Assembly (NCBI GenBank): GCA_038821645.1
Contig: JAWBDT010000009.1
Span: 1-64,000 of the forward strand
Direction: 5' to 3'
Source: Ignisphaera sp.
Lineage (GTDB): Archaea; Thermoproteota; Thermoprotei_A; Sulfolobales; Ignisphaeraceae
Length of the DNA stretch: 64,000 nucleotides
The position numbers were made by a program, and so were the translations under genes. A model generated the notes under the pieces. That model was not told the DNA's origin, did no database searches, and was given only the letters and a program-made list of their open reading frames with translations. Positions 9,257-19,464 of this stretch are shown piece after piece. How positions within the stretch are numbered: position 1 is the first letter of the stretch; the number at the start of each line of letters is the position of its first letter.

Positions 9257-10165
9257 GTGAAGCTGTATGCTGAATGTATAGCTTGTCAAATCAATATAAG
9301 GCTAAAAGATATAGAGAGACTAGTATACAATGAAGATAAACGTGTAGAGATGATCAAGAACGTTGTGGAGAAAGTTAACGATAGACTGAAGAAGTGTAGA
9401 GATAGATACGATAGTCTATGTATACCAACAGTTATAGCAACAGATCTATTTAGATACATAAAGCATACCACAGGACTCTCTGACCCATATAGAGAGCTTA
9501 AGAAGAAAGCTAATGAAGAAGCTCTAAAGATCTATAGAGAGATAAAACAGATAATAGAAAGCATACCTAGTCCTATAGATAGACTCCATATAGCTATAAA
9601 GATATCGCTTATAGGAAACACACTAGATACAGGTGTTGCAGGATATACACCACCAGATATTAACGAGATTAAAAATCTAGCCAATTCTCTCGAGATATAT
9701 GGAGATATAGATCCAGTAATCAACATCTTTATGAATGCTAATGACGTAGCTATCCTAATGGATAACTCAGGCGAAGCTGTATTCGATAAGATTCTAGCTG
9801 ATGTACTTAAGGATATGGGTAAGAAAGTAATAGCTATTGTTAAAGGTGGTGCTTTTCAAAACGATATAACTATAGAAGATGCTGTAGATGCTAATCTACA
9901 TGAGAGTTTCGATAAAGTTATTGATACAGGTAGCGATGCTTCAAGCATATTCTTAGATGAAGTAAAGCCAGAGGTTATTGAGATACTTAACAATGTTGAT
10001 GTTGTTGTAGCTAAAGGTATGGCTAACTATGAGTATATAACAGAGATAGAGAGTATGTTGAAGAAACCTGTGGTATATATGCTTGTAGCTAAATGTAGAC
10101 CTATTGCGAGAGACATAGGTGTTCCTCTAGGTAAAGCTGTTGTAAAGATAGGGAACAATTTATAG
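9257..10165 (+). CDS. DUF89/ARMT1-like damage-control phosphatase
   Basis: CxxC N-terminus, DPY, GNTLD, DNSGE, ND, AKGMANYE, AKC. Confidence 0.88.
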   Translation: MKLYAECIACQINIRLKDIERLVYNEDKRVEMIKNVVEKVNDRLKKCRDRYDSLCIPTVIATDLFRYIKHTTGLSDPYRELKKKANEEALKIYREIKQIIESIPSPIDRLHIAIKISLIGNTLDTGVAGYTPPDINEIKNLANSLEIYGDIDPVINIFMNANDVAILMDNSGEAVFDKILADVLKDMGKKVIAIVKGGAFQNDITIEDAVDANLHESFDKVIDTGSDASSIFLDEVKPEVIEILNNVDVVVAKGMANYEYITEIESMLKKPVVYMLVAKCRPIARDIGVPLGKAVVKIGNNL

Positions 10166-10225
10166 GATATCTTCTTGAAGCCTTATATAACTACTAAAGT
10201 AGTGTTGGTGAGGAGGTTAAGAGAA

Positions 10226-11569
10226 TTGTCTTATGATTGGATCTGGACACCTAGAAGAAGAGAGAGACCTATAGCTACCTACACACTTATAGCCATTAAT
10301 GTAGCAATATACATTGCTTCATCAGCTCAAAACTTTTTCTCAAGTGTTACACAAGGATGGGTAGATAGATTTGCCTATGTACCAATAATGCTTCAAAACC
10401 CTATTCAATGGTATAGAATTCTATCAAGCATGTTTCTCCATGGAGATATATTCCACATATTCTTCAACATGATGTTTCTCTACTGGTTTGGAAAAGAAAT
10501 AGAGCAACTACTAGGGATAAAGAGATACCTAGTTCTATATCTAGCTTCAGGTATAGTTGCAACAATTTTTCACACAGGATTTACACCAATCATGGGTACA
10601 CTAAACCTCATTATACCTGCTCTAGGAGCTTCTGGAGCTATAAGTGGACTTCTAGGTGCCTACCTAATGCTTTATCCTAGAAGAAGACTCAATATATGCT
10701 GGTTTCTATTCCTGATACCTCTCTGTTTTACCACAACAGCTCTATTCTTTCTATTATTCTGGTTCGCTACACAAGTTATATATGGATATCTACGTTTCGG
10801 TGGAATAGCGTTTTTCGCACATGTAGGAGGATTTATAGCTGGAATAGCCTTGATATACCTCCTAAAGAGAAGATCTATAGAAACCTTACACTATTTCCTT
10901 AAACCATATGATCTCTATACACCAAAAGGCCTTGGATCTATAGCTAAAACACTACTATCGATACTCCTTATAGCTGTTCTCATAGGCTCTACATACTCTA
11001 CCGCAAATGCGGCAAGATCAGCAAATGTCTACATAATTGATGTAAATGTGTGTAGGCAAGACACATGCTTTAGAGATCAAGCAGCATATACACCATTAGG
11101 AGATGAAGCTATAGCTCCATCAATAGATCTACCTAGGATAGCATTCAACAGACTACTATGGTCAGGAGTAATAAGGAACATTAGAGCTACACCATTAACA
11201 CCTATCTCCATAGACTTTAGAGGTAATGTTGTTGCACGTGATTACGGTATAAGGATCTTCATACAAATAGTTGGTGAAGGTTTATATGATGAAAGAGGTG
11301 TGCTTATCGAGTTTACCGGCAGTATTGTAACTGATGTGATAAATGTAAATATATGGGGTATAGCTAGCCGTGGTGACCGTATATATATCGATAGAGTTGA
11401 TCTTAAATCACAAGATGTTGCAAAAAACGTAGGCGAATTCATTGTTAGACCCTTCGCCTTGATATCTTCATTTATAACGCTATCCTCAATATTTGTTGTA
11501 GTTTTCAAGGATAGAGATATAACCGAAGAAGAGTTCCTGGGACCCCCTATCTATACACCATGGATCTAG
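10226..11569 (+). CDS. Rhomboid intramembrane serine protease with C-terminal extension
   Basis: SMFLHGDIFHIFFNM, GASGA (catalytic Ser), AHVGG (catalytic His); TTG start after GGAGG. Confidence 0.88.
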   Translation: MSYDWIWTPRRRERPIATYTLIAINVAIYIASSAQNFFSSVTQGWVDRFAYVPIMLQNPIQWYRILSSMFLHGDIFHIFFNMMFLYWFGKEIEQLLGIKRYLVLYLASGIVATIFHTGFTPIMGTLNLIIPALGASGAISGLLGAYLMLYPRRRLNICWFLFLIPLCFTTTALFFLLFWFATQVIYGYLRFGGIAFFAHVGGFIAGIALIYLLKRRSIETLHYFLKPYDLYTPKGLGSIAKTLLSILLIAVLIGSTYSTANAARSANVYIIDVNVCRQDTCFRDQAAYTPLGDEAIAPSIDLPRIAFNRLLWSGVIRNIRATPLTPISIDFRGNVVARDYGIRIFIQIVGEGLYDERGVLIEFTGSIVTDVINVNIWGIASRGDRIYIDRVDLKSQDVAKNVGEFIVRPFALISSFITLSSIFVVVFKDRDITEEEFLGPPIYTPWI

Positions 11570-11619
11570 AGACAAAAAGACTAAACCATAGATAGAAGAT
11601 ACTCTTGTATAGAGTATAG

Positions 11620-12498
11620 CTATGAATATCTAATCACTATATAGAGCCCTATCAAAACCTTGATTAAAGCAATCAGATACACAAATTCTATAGGTTCTCT
11701 AAGAATAACTGAGGCAAGTATTGTTGCTACAACTGGTTCTGTTAAAGCTATAGATGCTACAGTAGAGCTTCTATAAAACTTCAAAAGATAGTTCATAACA
11801 GTGTGTCCACCTATTGTAGGTATTATTGCTAACATCAAGAACCATATCCATGAAGATGGAATATAGCTCAACACATTCTCTTCCACAAATATAGAGTATA
11901 GAAATACTACTATTGCACCTATTCCATACACAAATGTTGTATAGAGCCCTAGATCCATTGATCTCCTCAACACTCTACCTATATGGAAATATAGTGCAGC
12001 AAATATCGATGCTGAAAAACTCTGAACCACTCCCACAATATCTATGGTAGCTGATGTAAATGCATCTCGAAAGAGTATCAGTATACCTAAGAAACCTATG
12101 ATAGAGCCTAGAAGAGTCGATACATGTCTTATACTCTTTTCATAGACTGTATAGGCTATAGAGAGATGAAGAGGATATGTAACAACTATTGTAACACTCA
12201 CAGCTATAGGCAATCTGAAGAGAGACTCCATCCACAGAATTAAGTGTAGAGCGAGTGAAGAGCTTGAAACAAGAAGAAGAACAACCTCTCTTCCACACAA
12301 CCTCTTTCTACCTCTTCTCCATAGACCATAGATTATGCCTAGAACTATAGATGATATAGAGAGTCTCCAAAAAGCACAAGCAACACCACTAGCATTTGAT
12401 AATTTCACAAGTATAGATGCTGAACCTATGCTAAGTATAGAGATTATGTAGAGCAACACATGGCAAAAAGGTATCTCTACACCATCTCTCGATACCAT
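11620..12498 (-). CDS. DMT/EamA family transporter
   Basis: ~10 TM; AFWRL, PTIGGH and EPVVA motifs. Confidence 0.88.
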   Translation of the reverse strand: MVSRDGVEIPFCHVLLYIISILSIGSASILVKLSNASGVACAFWRLSISSIVLGIIYGLWRRGRKRLCGREVVLLLVSSSSLALHLILWMESLFRLPIAVSVTIVVTYPLHLSIAYTVYEKSIRHVSTLLGSIIGFLGILILFRDAFTSATIDIVGVVQSFSASIFAALYFHIGRVLRRSMDLGLYTTFVYGIGAIVVFLYSIFVEENVLSYIPSSWIWFLMLAIIPTIGGHTVMNYLLKFYRSSTVASIALTEPVVATILASVILREPIEFVYLIALIKVLIGLYIVIRYS

Positions 12499-12553
12499 TA
12501 GCTAATAAACCTCTACACCATCTAAGAGGTAAAACAAGTAATGGTAGAGGTAA

Positions 12554-13174
12554 TTGAGTTATATAAATCTAGCAATAGATCTACCTACAGTAGCAATACT
12601 ATCGGTACAGATATTCGCTATAATGGATCCTCTAGCAGCTGTTCCAGCACTAGTTGAAGCTCTATCTGGTTTTGGTGATAAAGAGGCTAGAACTTATATT
12701 AATAGAGCTTCGATAGTGATATTCGCTCTACTAACAATATTTTCAACAATTGGTGGAGCTGTACTACATGTACTGGGACTCGATATCTCTTACCTCAAAA
12801 TTGCTGCAGGAGTACTCCTTATGGCTATATCTATAGATACATTGATAACAGGACACAAGCCATCCAGAATAAGCGTTGGTGAATACATTATTGTACCTAT
12901 AGCTACTCCATTGATAGTTGGTCCAGGCACCATGACACTACTTATAGCTTCCTCTAAAGTCTATGGAATAGCTAACACATTACTAGCTTCATATATAGCC
13001 TTCTTAGCTACATACATAATACTCTTGATATCCAACAAGATTGTAAAGCTTCTCGGTAACACATTTATACATGGTTTAGGGAGATTTATGTCGATAATCA
13101 TAGCGTCTTTTGCTGTAGAAATGTTTGTATCAGGTCTAAGAAGTATAGTTTCTACACTACTTCTTAGTGGCTGA
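12554..13174 (+). CDS. MarC family integral membrane protein
   Basis: FAIMDPL, VPIATPLIVGPG, LGRFMSIII. Confidence 0.88.
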   Translation: MSYINLAIDLPTVAILSVQIFAIMDPLAAVPALVEALSGFGDKEARTYINRASIVIFALLTIFSTIGGAVLHVLGLDISYLKIAAGVLLMAISIDTLITGHKPSRISVGEYIIVPIATPLIVGPGTMTLLIASSKVYGIANTLLASYIAFLATYIILLISNKIVKLLGNTFIHGLGRFMSIIIASFAVEMFVSGLRSIVSTLLLSG

Positions 13175-13180
13175 TGCACT

Positions 13181-13660
13181 ATGATGTGTAGCGATAGTGT
13201 TCAAGAATTCATAGAGAGATACAATATCTCTGCTACTCTATACAGATTTAGCGATACTGTTGAATCTGTTGAAAAAGCATCCCATATGTGTGGCACAGAT
13301 CCCTCGAACATCATAAAAACACTAGTTCTCATAGCTGATTCTCTACCCCTGATAGCTATAGTTCCAGGTAACAAGAAGCTTAGCTACAGAAAACTAGCAA
13401 ATGTAGTAAAAGCTAGATCCCTGAGAATGGCTAAACCTCATGAAGTAAAAATGTATACAGGTTTTGATGTAGGTGGAGTTTCTCCTCTAACTGAGTGTAT
13501 AAAGAACTATATGATTGTTGTTGATCAAGATGTTGCTGGAAAAGAGTATGTATGGTGTGGTGGAGGAGATTTATATTCTCTAGCTCTAGTAAAGGTTAGA
13601 GATATATTAGCTATACTTAATCCAGTAATAGCCGATATATCAGATCCACCTAATAACTAA
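13181..13660 (+). CDS. YbaK/EbsC aminoacyl-tRNA editing family protein
   Basis: IIKTLV, TGFDVGGVSP, CGGG. Confidence 0.88.
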   Translation: MMCSDSVQEFIERYNISATLYRFSDTVESVEKASHMCGTDPSNIIKTLVLIADSLPLIAIVPGNKKLSYRKLANVVKARSLRMAKPHEVKMYTGFDVGGVSPLTECIKNYMIVVDQDVAGKEYVWCGGGDLYSLALVKVRDILAILNPVIADISDPPNN

Positions 13661-13746
13661 ATTTATTCAAGTCTCTGCAAGATATCGATAAACTGATTAT
13701 AGTGATACATAGCTATTGATACTGTGTTCTAGATAGAAACCTCTGG

Positions 13747-14889
13747 TTAATAGAGTAAGAGGCTGTATTTCTCTATAAGCTTCTCTCTATCCACAATATT
13801 TATGTAGTCAAATATCGTGCCACTACTCTCTCTAAGTCTAAGAACATTGACTAACTCTTTATACCTTCCACCAACAATTCCGCTAGCGATTATAGCTGCT
13901 CCTTCAGCTGCTTCTTTAGCTATCCTACCTCTACTCTCTAGTTTAACTATCATAGGACTTTCTCTAAACTTCTTGAACAGATTCTCCTCTAGATATCTAG
14001 GTAGATCCTCCATAAACTTCTTCACTCTAGTGAAGCGTCCGCTAAAGTATATAGAGTCTGGTTCTGTTGAAACCATTAGCACAGAGATGTCTTTCGCTAT
14101 AGATTCAAGCATAAGTCTATATCCCTCATCTTCCATCTCAATAAACATCTCTATAGGTGTTCTAAATGGATCTATATTCGATAGATATGCTGCACCACCT
14201 CTAAACAAAACCTCTTTAGATACCTCTACAGCATTTGCTACAGCATAGAATATCTCGCCATCGATAAAGCCTCCCCCAAGATAGCTTGGAAAACCAGATG
14301 TTCCAGCTAAAGCATCAACTATTTCACCACACTTTACAGCTATAGCTGATGTATATGCAAAACCTACCTCAACAGTAATCAGGTTTACTGAGCTATAGCT
14401 TATGTTTTTTGCTTCTGCATGTCTCGCTATAGCTAGTGCTACAGAGTATATCTTGTCTGATGTACCCATATCTATCCTATTGATTTTTCTATACCTAGGG
14501 ACTGTGGGTAGATGTATAACACCTGGGGTAAAGTAGGTCTTTTCATTCAGCTGTTTATCTTCTTTCAACATCTTCATCAGCTTCCTTAAACCAAGTATCC
14601 TCAGCCCTCTCTTAACATCGTTTTCAGTTACAAAAGTAGCCATAGCTATCTCTTCATCAGTAGCATCTCTAGCTAATTTAAGAGGCATACCATAACCACT
14701 TGAAGCAACAATAGCATCAATTCGATAAACACTATCTATCTGTTTAAGCCTCTTGATAATTATTGAAGGATCTCTAACCATCTCATCTCTAGGTATAGAC
14801 TCGTCGACAAGAATCTCTCCAGACTCGTCATCAAAACCAAATATATCGTAGCTCTTGGTACCCGAATCTGTTCCAATAACTCTAACCAC
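13747..14889 (-). CDS. DUF1464 family (butyrate-kinase-like ASKHA) protein
   Basis: GTDSGTKS, SGYG, PGVIHLPTVP, NRIDMGTSDK. Confidence 0.82.
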   Translation of the reverse strand: MVRVIGTDSGTKSYDIFGFDDESGEILVDESIPRDEMVRDPSIIIKRLKQIDSVYRIDAIVASSGYGMPLKLARDATDEEIAMATFVTENDVKRGLRILGLRKLMKMLKEDKQLNEKTYFTPGVIHLPTVPRYRKINRIDMGTSDKIYSVALAIARHAEAKNISYSSVNLITVEVGFAYTSAIAVKCGEIVDALAGTSGFPSYLGGGFIDGEIFYAVANAVEVSKEVLFRGGAAYLSNIDPFRTPIEMFIEMEDEGYRLMLESIAKDISVLMVSTEPDSIYFSGRFTRVKKFMEDLPRYLEENLFKKFRESPMIVKLESRGRIAKEAAEGAAIIASGIVGGRYKELVNVLRLRESSGTIFDYINIVDREKLIEKYSLLLY

Positions 14890-15838
14890 AACTCTCTACC
14901 TCTAACCCTTTGTTTCTGCCATGTGTAACAAACACAACCCCACCACCATTGCCTCTCAATAATTGTTCAAGTTCTTCTACAGCTCTTTTTGCAGATTCTT
15001 CACTATCTGTTATACCGTAGAATGTTGGACCCCATGAAGATTGACAAGCAGCATATGTGTATCTAGTCATTATCTCGATACCTCTCTCTACAAGAGGATC
15101 ACAATACACCCCTCCTTGATACTTCATCCATATATAACCAAGCCTTCTATTGAATTCTGTCAAACCTTCACCAAAACTCTTAAGATCCTTTTCAATAAAA
15201 CTAGGTATAATCTTCATGAGGACAAGTCTCGATAAATATGAAGCTTCTTCATCACTAGCTCTAACCTCCTCTAGAATCTTAGGCTCACTACTAGCTCTAA
15301 GCTTATTCAGTTTTCTCCAAGGCCTCTCTGGAACAGCTACCACAAAAAACCAATCATCAGGAATATCTCCACGAAATATCAGCGGCGGGATACTTCTATC
15401 CCTAAGTTCTTTCCTAAACCCACCCTCAACTATAAATCCACCATATCTACAGGCATATAGACCTAGAGCTGTTACAAGACCCCTCTTAATAGTTAGAGCT
15501 ATTTCTTCAAGAGATTTCCTAAGATTGTATAACTCTGAAATACCTAAACCTATGGATAGCCCAAGCGTGGTTATATACCCTAGACCAGCATTCTCATAAA
15601 ACCTTTCCCTAACTCTAACAACTACACCACCAGTTTCAAAACTCTTTACCAAAGATTCTGCAAACCTTTTCGCATATGGATCATCAGCTTGAATATCTCT
15701 ACTCTTCTCAACCTCAACAACAATGAATGGGTAATCAATAGTGAATCCAACTGTTCCGAAAAGTCTTCCAAAACCTCCATGAAGATCCATATTTCCTGCA
15801 TGAAGATGAGCTGGAGCCTTGATTCTTAAGCATTCCAA
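14882..15838 (-). CDS. Beta-ribofuranosylaminobenzene 5'-phosphate synthase family (GHMP kinase fold)
   Basis: PAHLHAG, GGFIVEGG, PPLIFR, QSSWGPT; overlaps the DUF1464 gene by 8 nt. Confidence 0.85.
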   Translation of the reverse strand: MECLRIKAPAHLHAGNMDLHGGFGRLFGTVGFTIDYPFIVVEVEKSRDIQADDPYAKRFAESLVKSFETGGVVVRVRERFYENAGLGYITTLGLSIGLGISELYNLRKSLEEIALTIKRGLVTALGLYACRYGGFIVEGGFRKELRDRSIPPLIFRGDIPDDWFFVVAVPERPWRKLNKLRASSEPKILEEVRASDEEASYLSRLVLMKIIPSFIEKDLKSFGEGLTEFNRRLGYIWMKYQGGVYCDPLVERGIEIMTRYTYAACQSSWGPTFYGITDSEESAKRAVEELEQLLRGNGGGVVFVTHGRNKGLEVESCG

Positions 15839-16086
15839 TGCTATTCACCTAGAAGCATATTGTTATCAATCCTAAAAAGCTTAACAATTAAAGAAGCACA
15901 GCAATATATCTAGCACACAGGGATTCAAGATATTTCTAAATCGATAAGCTGTAGCTTAAAGCCTCTATAGTTGATAGATATTCTCTCAATCATCTCTATC
16001 TATACACATGTATCTACGAATATATATATAGATTTTTGTATCTTTATCTCGATAACAATATAGCTAAAGCATTCATGGTGATTATT

Positions 16087-16638
16087 TTGAGCTGTAATGC
16101 ATCTGGATGTATTACTAAATACGATTTATCTATTTATATCACAATAATTGTCGCTATAACTATAGGTTTTTCAGCTCTTTCGAGAATCACTCAATACATT
16201 AACACAATGAATAAACCATACATATTAACTACAACTATCCTAATGTTTATAGCTATAGCTCTAGCACATGAATATATACACTATTTTGTAGCTAGATACA
16301 TTCTTGGAAAAGATGCTAAGATACGTTTATCCATAGGTTTAGGTGGATTAGTTATAGAGTACAAGGAGATTCTATGGAGCGAGTACATCTATATAGCATT
16401 AGCTCCACAGATACTTATAACACTTCCTCTAGCAATAACATATACATTGACTAGAGATCCATTCATCTATATACAGCTAGTGCTACATATATCTGCATCA
16501 GCAGTAGATCTACTGAATATAGTAAGAGCTTTAACAATCTTCAGGAACTGTAGATTCATACTATGCAGAGAAAATAAAAAGATTGTAGGATACATGGTTA
16601 TGAAACCCAACGGCAGATGCACAATATACAGAATATAA
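16087..16638 (+). CDS. Membrane HExxH zincin-like putative metalloprotease (DUF3267-like)
   Basis: AHEYIH in a TM context, IALAP, downstream D; TTG start 6 nt after GGTG. Confidence 0.7.
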   Translation: MSCNASGCITKYDLSIYITIIVAITIGFSALSRITQYINTMNKPYILTTTILMFIAIALAHEYIHYFVARYILGKDAKIRLSIGLGGLVIEYKEILWSEYIYIALAPQILITLPLAITYTLTRDPFIYIQLVLHISASAVDLLNIVRALTIFRNCRFILCRENKKIVGYMVMKPNGRCTIYRI

Positions 16639-16860
16639 GATAACGCAAGACTAGAACCATATACATGAAACCACATGAAATAGATACAGGCTTAAGTATA
16701 CAGAATATATCCTATATAGTGCTCAACTCTAGAACAATCCATCAAATTACTCACAACACCACTAACTATCATACACATTCAATACTAAATCATTCTCTAA
16801 CACTATAAAAGAAGCTATTCACCTAAACATAATCACATTAAAACAAATCTCTATTCAAGA

Positions 16861-17688
16861 CTATCTATATGCTTTTCCTATCTTAATCAATACCACAGAA
16901 ACTAATAACAATACAACAAAAGCTATAACTAATGCAGGCTCTGGAACTGGGACAGGCACGCCCGTAGTAGTGACATACGCATTAATAATAACACCATCAA
17001 GAGAAACAACAAGACTATTACTACATATTCTATCTACACAAAATTGAGTATCATCATCAATATTCCCAAAACCTTTGGCACTGGCATATACTTCTCGCGC
17101 TTCTAGAGATAGTTTTCTTAAACCATTAACTGAGTATTTAACCTCAATCTCAACACCATAAACATTAGCGCCATAACTTCTGACTACACCAATACCACTA
17201 ATATTCAAATCATTATGAATCAGATTAACATTAACTGTAGGAGAATCTCTAACTGATAATATTGTTGTAATTTTGATATCATCTAGAGTTATTGTTATGT
17301 TTGTATTTTTGGTTGTTTTTATCTTTATGAATGCATATATGCCTGAAGTATTCACATATATTCGAACATAACGTATATCTACTGCTCCCCCTTCATCATC
17401 TTTCCACATTATCTGGCATTCTCTTGGATAAGAAGTTGAGTTACAGCACAACCATACTGCATAGTTTGTTGTAGGGATTGGGCATACACCTCTTCCTGCT
17501 GGACTTATCCATCCAGATATATTCCCCCATTCATTATCTTCTCCATCGAGAACTATACTTAGTTTTCCTGATACTGATTGTGTATTAATGTAGATAGTAG
17601 TTATGGTAATAGCTATCAGTAGAAGTAGTAAGGATACAGCTATTGATTTTATCCAAATAGTTTTTCCCTCTATAACCATTTTAAACAA
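16861..17688 (-). CDS. Secreted/surface protein with C-terminal VPEP-TM-basic sorting-like signal
   Basis: N-terminal signal/TM, DGxxxEW motif, several Cys, C-terminus PVPVPEP + hydrophobic helix + KIGKAYR. Confidence 0.75.
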   Translation of the reverse strand: MFKMVIEGKTIWIKSIAVSLLLLLIAITITTIYINTQSVSGKLSIVLDGEDNEWGNISGWISPAGRGVCPIPTTNYAVWLCCNSTSYPRECQIMWKDDEGGAVDIRYVRIYVNTSGIYAFIKIKTTKNTNITITLDDIKITTILSVRDSPTVNVNLIHNDLNISGIGVVRSYGANVYGVEIEVKYSVNGLRKLSLEAREVYASAKGFGNIDDDTQFCVDRICSNSLVVSLDGVIINAYVTTTGVPVPVPEPALVIAFVVLLLVSVVLIKIGKAYR

Positions 17689-17869
17689 CTCTATATAACT
17701 TAAGGTGAAGTAGTTAATAAATTTCTCTTACATAACTTAGTTAAAACTTGTGAAATAGATATACATAGAGTAGCATATATAGTATTGTTAATACATTTTG
17801 TATAAGGATTGCCAATACTGTATTACCAATGGGTATAGAGATCTATAGAGCGATATTTATAGAGAGACT

Positions 17870-18931
17870 CTATCGCTTATGGTTATCGATAGATACATCC
17901 TGTAGCAGATCCTGTGATACTTCATATCTTTTGATGTTCTTAGTCATTTCTTTTCTTATTTTCTCGAGTTGTCTAGTGATTCTTATCTCGAACCTCTTTA
18001 TATATAGTGATAGAACTGCTACTACAGATGATATAAGACCTGTTGCTGTAAGTATTACTGCTATAACTCCTTTAACATAGTGTTTTATGCCTGTAAAGAA
18101 GTAGTGATATGCTGTATATCCTCCTAAAACAAGTCCTGGTATAAGCATTAGGATCCCTATTGATGATATGAATAAAGTTGGATTATATCTCCACATAAGT
18201 CTAACAATATCTTTTGCTATCTTGAGTCCGTGAAAAACATTTAATTTCTTTGCTTTTGGATCTACTCTAGATCTATACTCTATAGGTATTTCACATATAT
18301 TTCCAAAACTAGCGAAATGACTAACTATCTCAGATTCTAGGCTAAATCCATCCATCTCGAAACCAATAGTACTTAACTCATCTACTCTAGCCATATACAT
18401 ACCGCTTAATACATCTCTTAAATTAGTACCAAAGAGTATATTAAAGAATTTTGTAAGAACCTTGTTCCCAAACCTGAAAACAGGTTTTTGAGATCCATGT
18501 CCATAGATTCTAGCACCTATAACTAGATCACATCTATTACTCTCTAAAGCCTCAAGCATAGCAGGTATGTATTTCGCTGGATACGTTCCATCACCATCTA
18601 TAACAACTACATATGGAGTTGAAACATATCTCAATCCAGTTCTAACAGCATCAGCTTTACCTCTACCTTCTTGAGGTACAACAAGAACTTGACGTGATCT
18701 AGCTATCTCTACAGTTCTATCGCTACTTCCCCCATCAACAACAACTATATTGTCTCTAGAGATACCTATAGAAACTATCTCATCTATCACCATACCTATA
18801 GCTTTTTCTTCATTAAGTACAGGTATGATTACTGAAACCATAGATAGATCTACAGCACTTCTATATATACTCTTTAAAGAAACTATCTCTGCTTGATTTT
18901 CAACACATATACTTTGCATCACCAATTCCAC
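17870..18931 (-). CDS. GT2 glycosyltransferase, dolichol-phosphate hexosyltransferase (AglJ/DPM1)-like
   Basis: VIIPVLNEE, VVDGGSSDRT, GKADA, DGDGTYP, DVLSG, two C-terminal TMs. Confidence 0.88.
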   Translation of the reverse strand: MELVMQSICVENQAEIVSLKSIYRSAVDLSMVSVIIPVLNEEKAIGMVIDEIVSIGISRDNIVVVDGGSSDRTVEIARSRQVLVVPQEGRGKADAVRTGLRYVSTPYVVVIDGDGTYPAKYIPAMLEALESNRCDLVIGARIYGHGSQKPVFRFGNKVLTKFFNILFGTNLRDVLSGMYMARVDELSTIGFEMDGFSLESEIVSHFASFGNICEIPIEYRSRVDPKAKKLNVFHGLKIAKDIVRLMWRYNPTLFISSIGILMLIPGLVLGGYTAYHYFFTGIKHYVKGVIAVILTATGLISSVVAVLSLYIKRFEIRITRQLEKIRKEMTKNIKRYEVSQDLLQDVSIDNHKR

Positions 18932-19464
18932 ACCCTATATACATAAACTTCTTCAGCACATGATTCCAATAAATTCTACTGAATACACATAGATACCCCC
19001 AAGGATATGTTTATCGATAGAGATAATCATATATCCATCTATAGGTATACTGGATAGAGCTAGATATTTAGAGCTACTACCACTAAAAACATTAACTACT
19101 GTATTGGTAAATTCCATACCCTGCTAAGCCCTTCTAATGCTCTCCTCACTACTGTAACTCTCCCTTTAAAAACTTTACTATAGTATTTAAATATATTAGC
19201 TAGAGATGTGTATTAAGTAGTATCGCAGTAACTAAATAACTATGTACATTAAGTATATAAAATCTATCTGATAAAAATTTAGATTATATTACTTCAAGCT
19301 CTATTTACTGAAGTACATGAATACCATATACCATCTAGTACCCATATATACATTCTAATGTAGTACATCCTCTAGAACAAGTAGAGATATTTAGTAGAAT
19401 TCTCTATATGTTTTTCAATATAAAATAAATTTGATTGATTATTGATATAGAATTGTTGTAGAGC

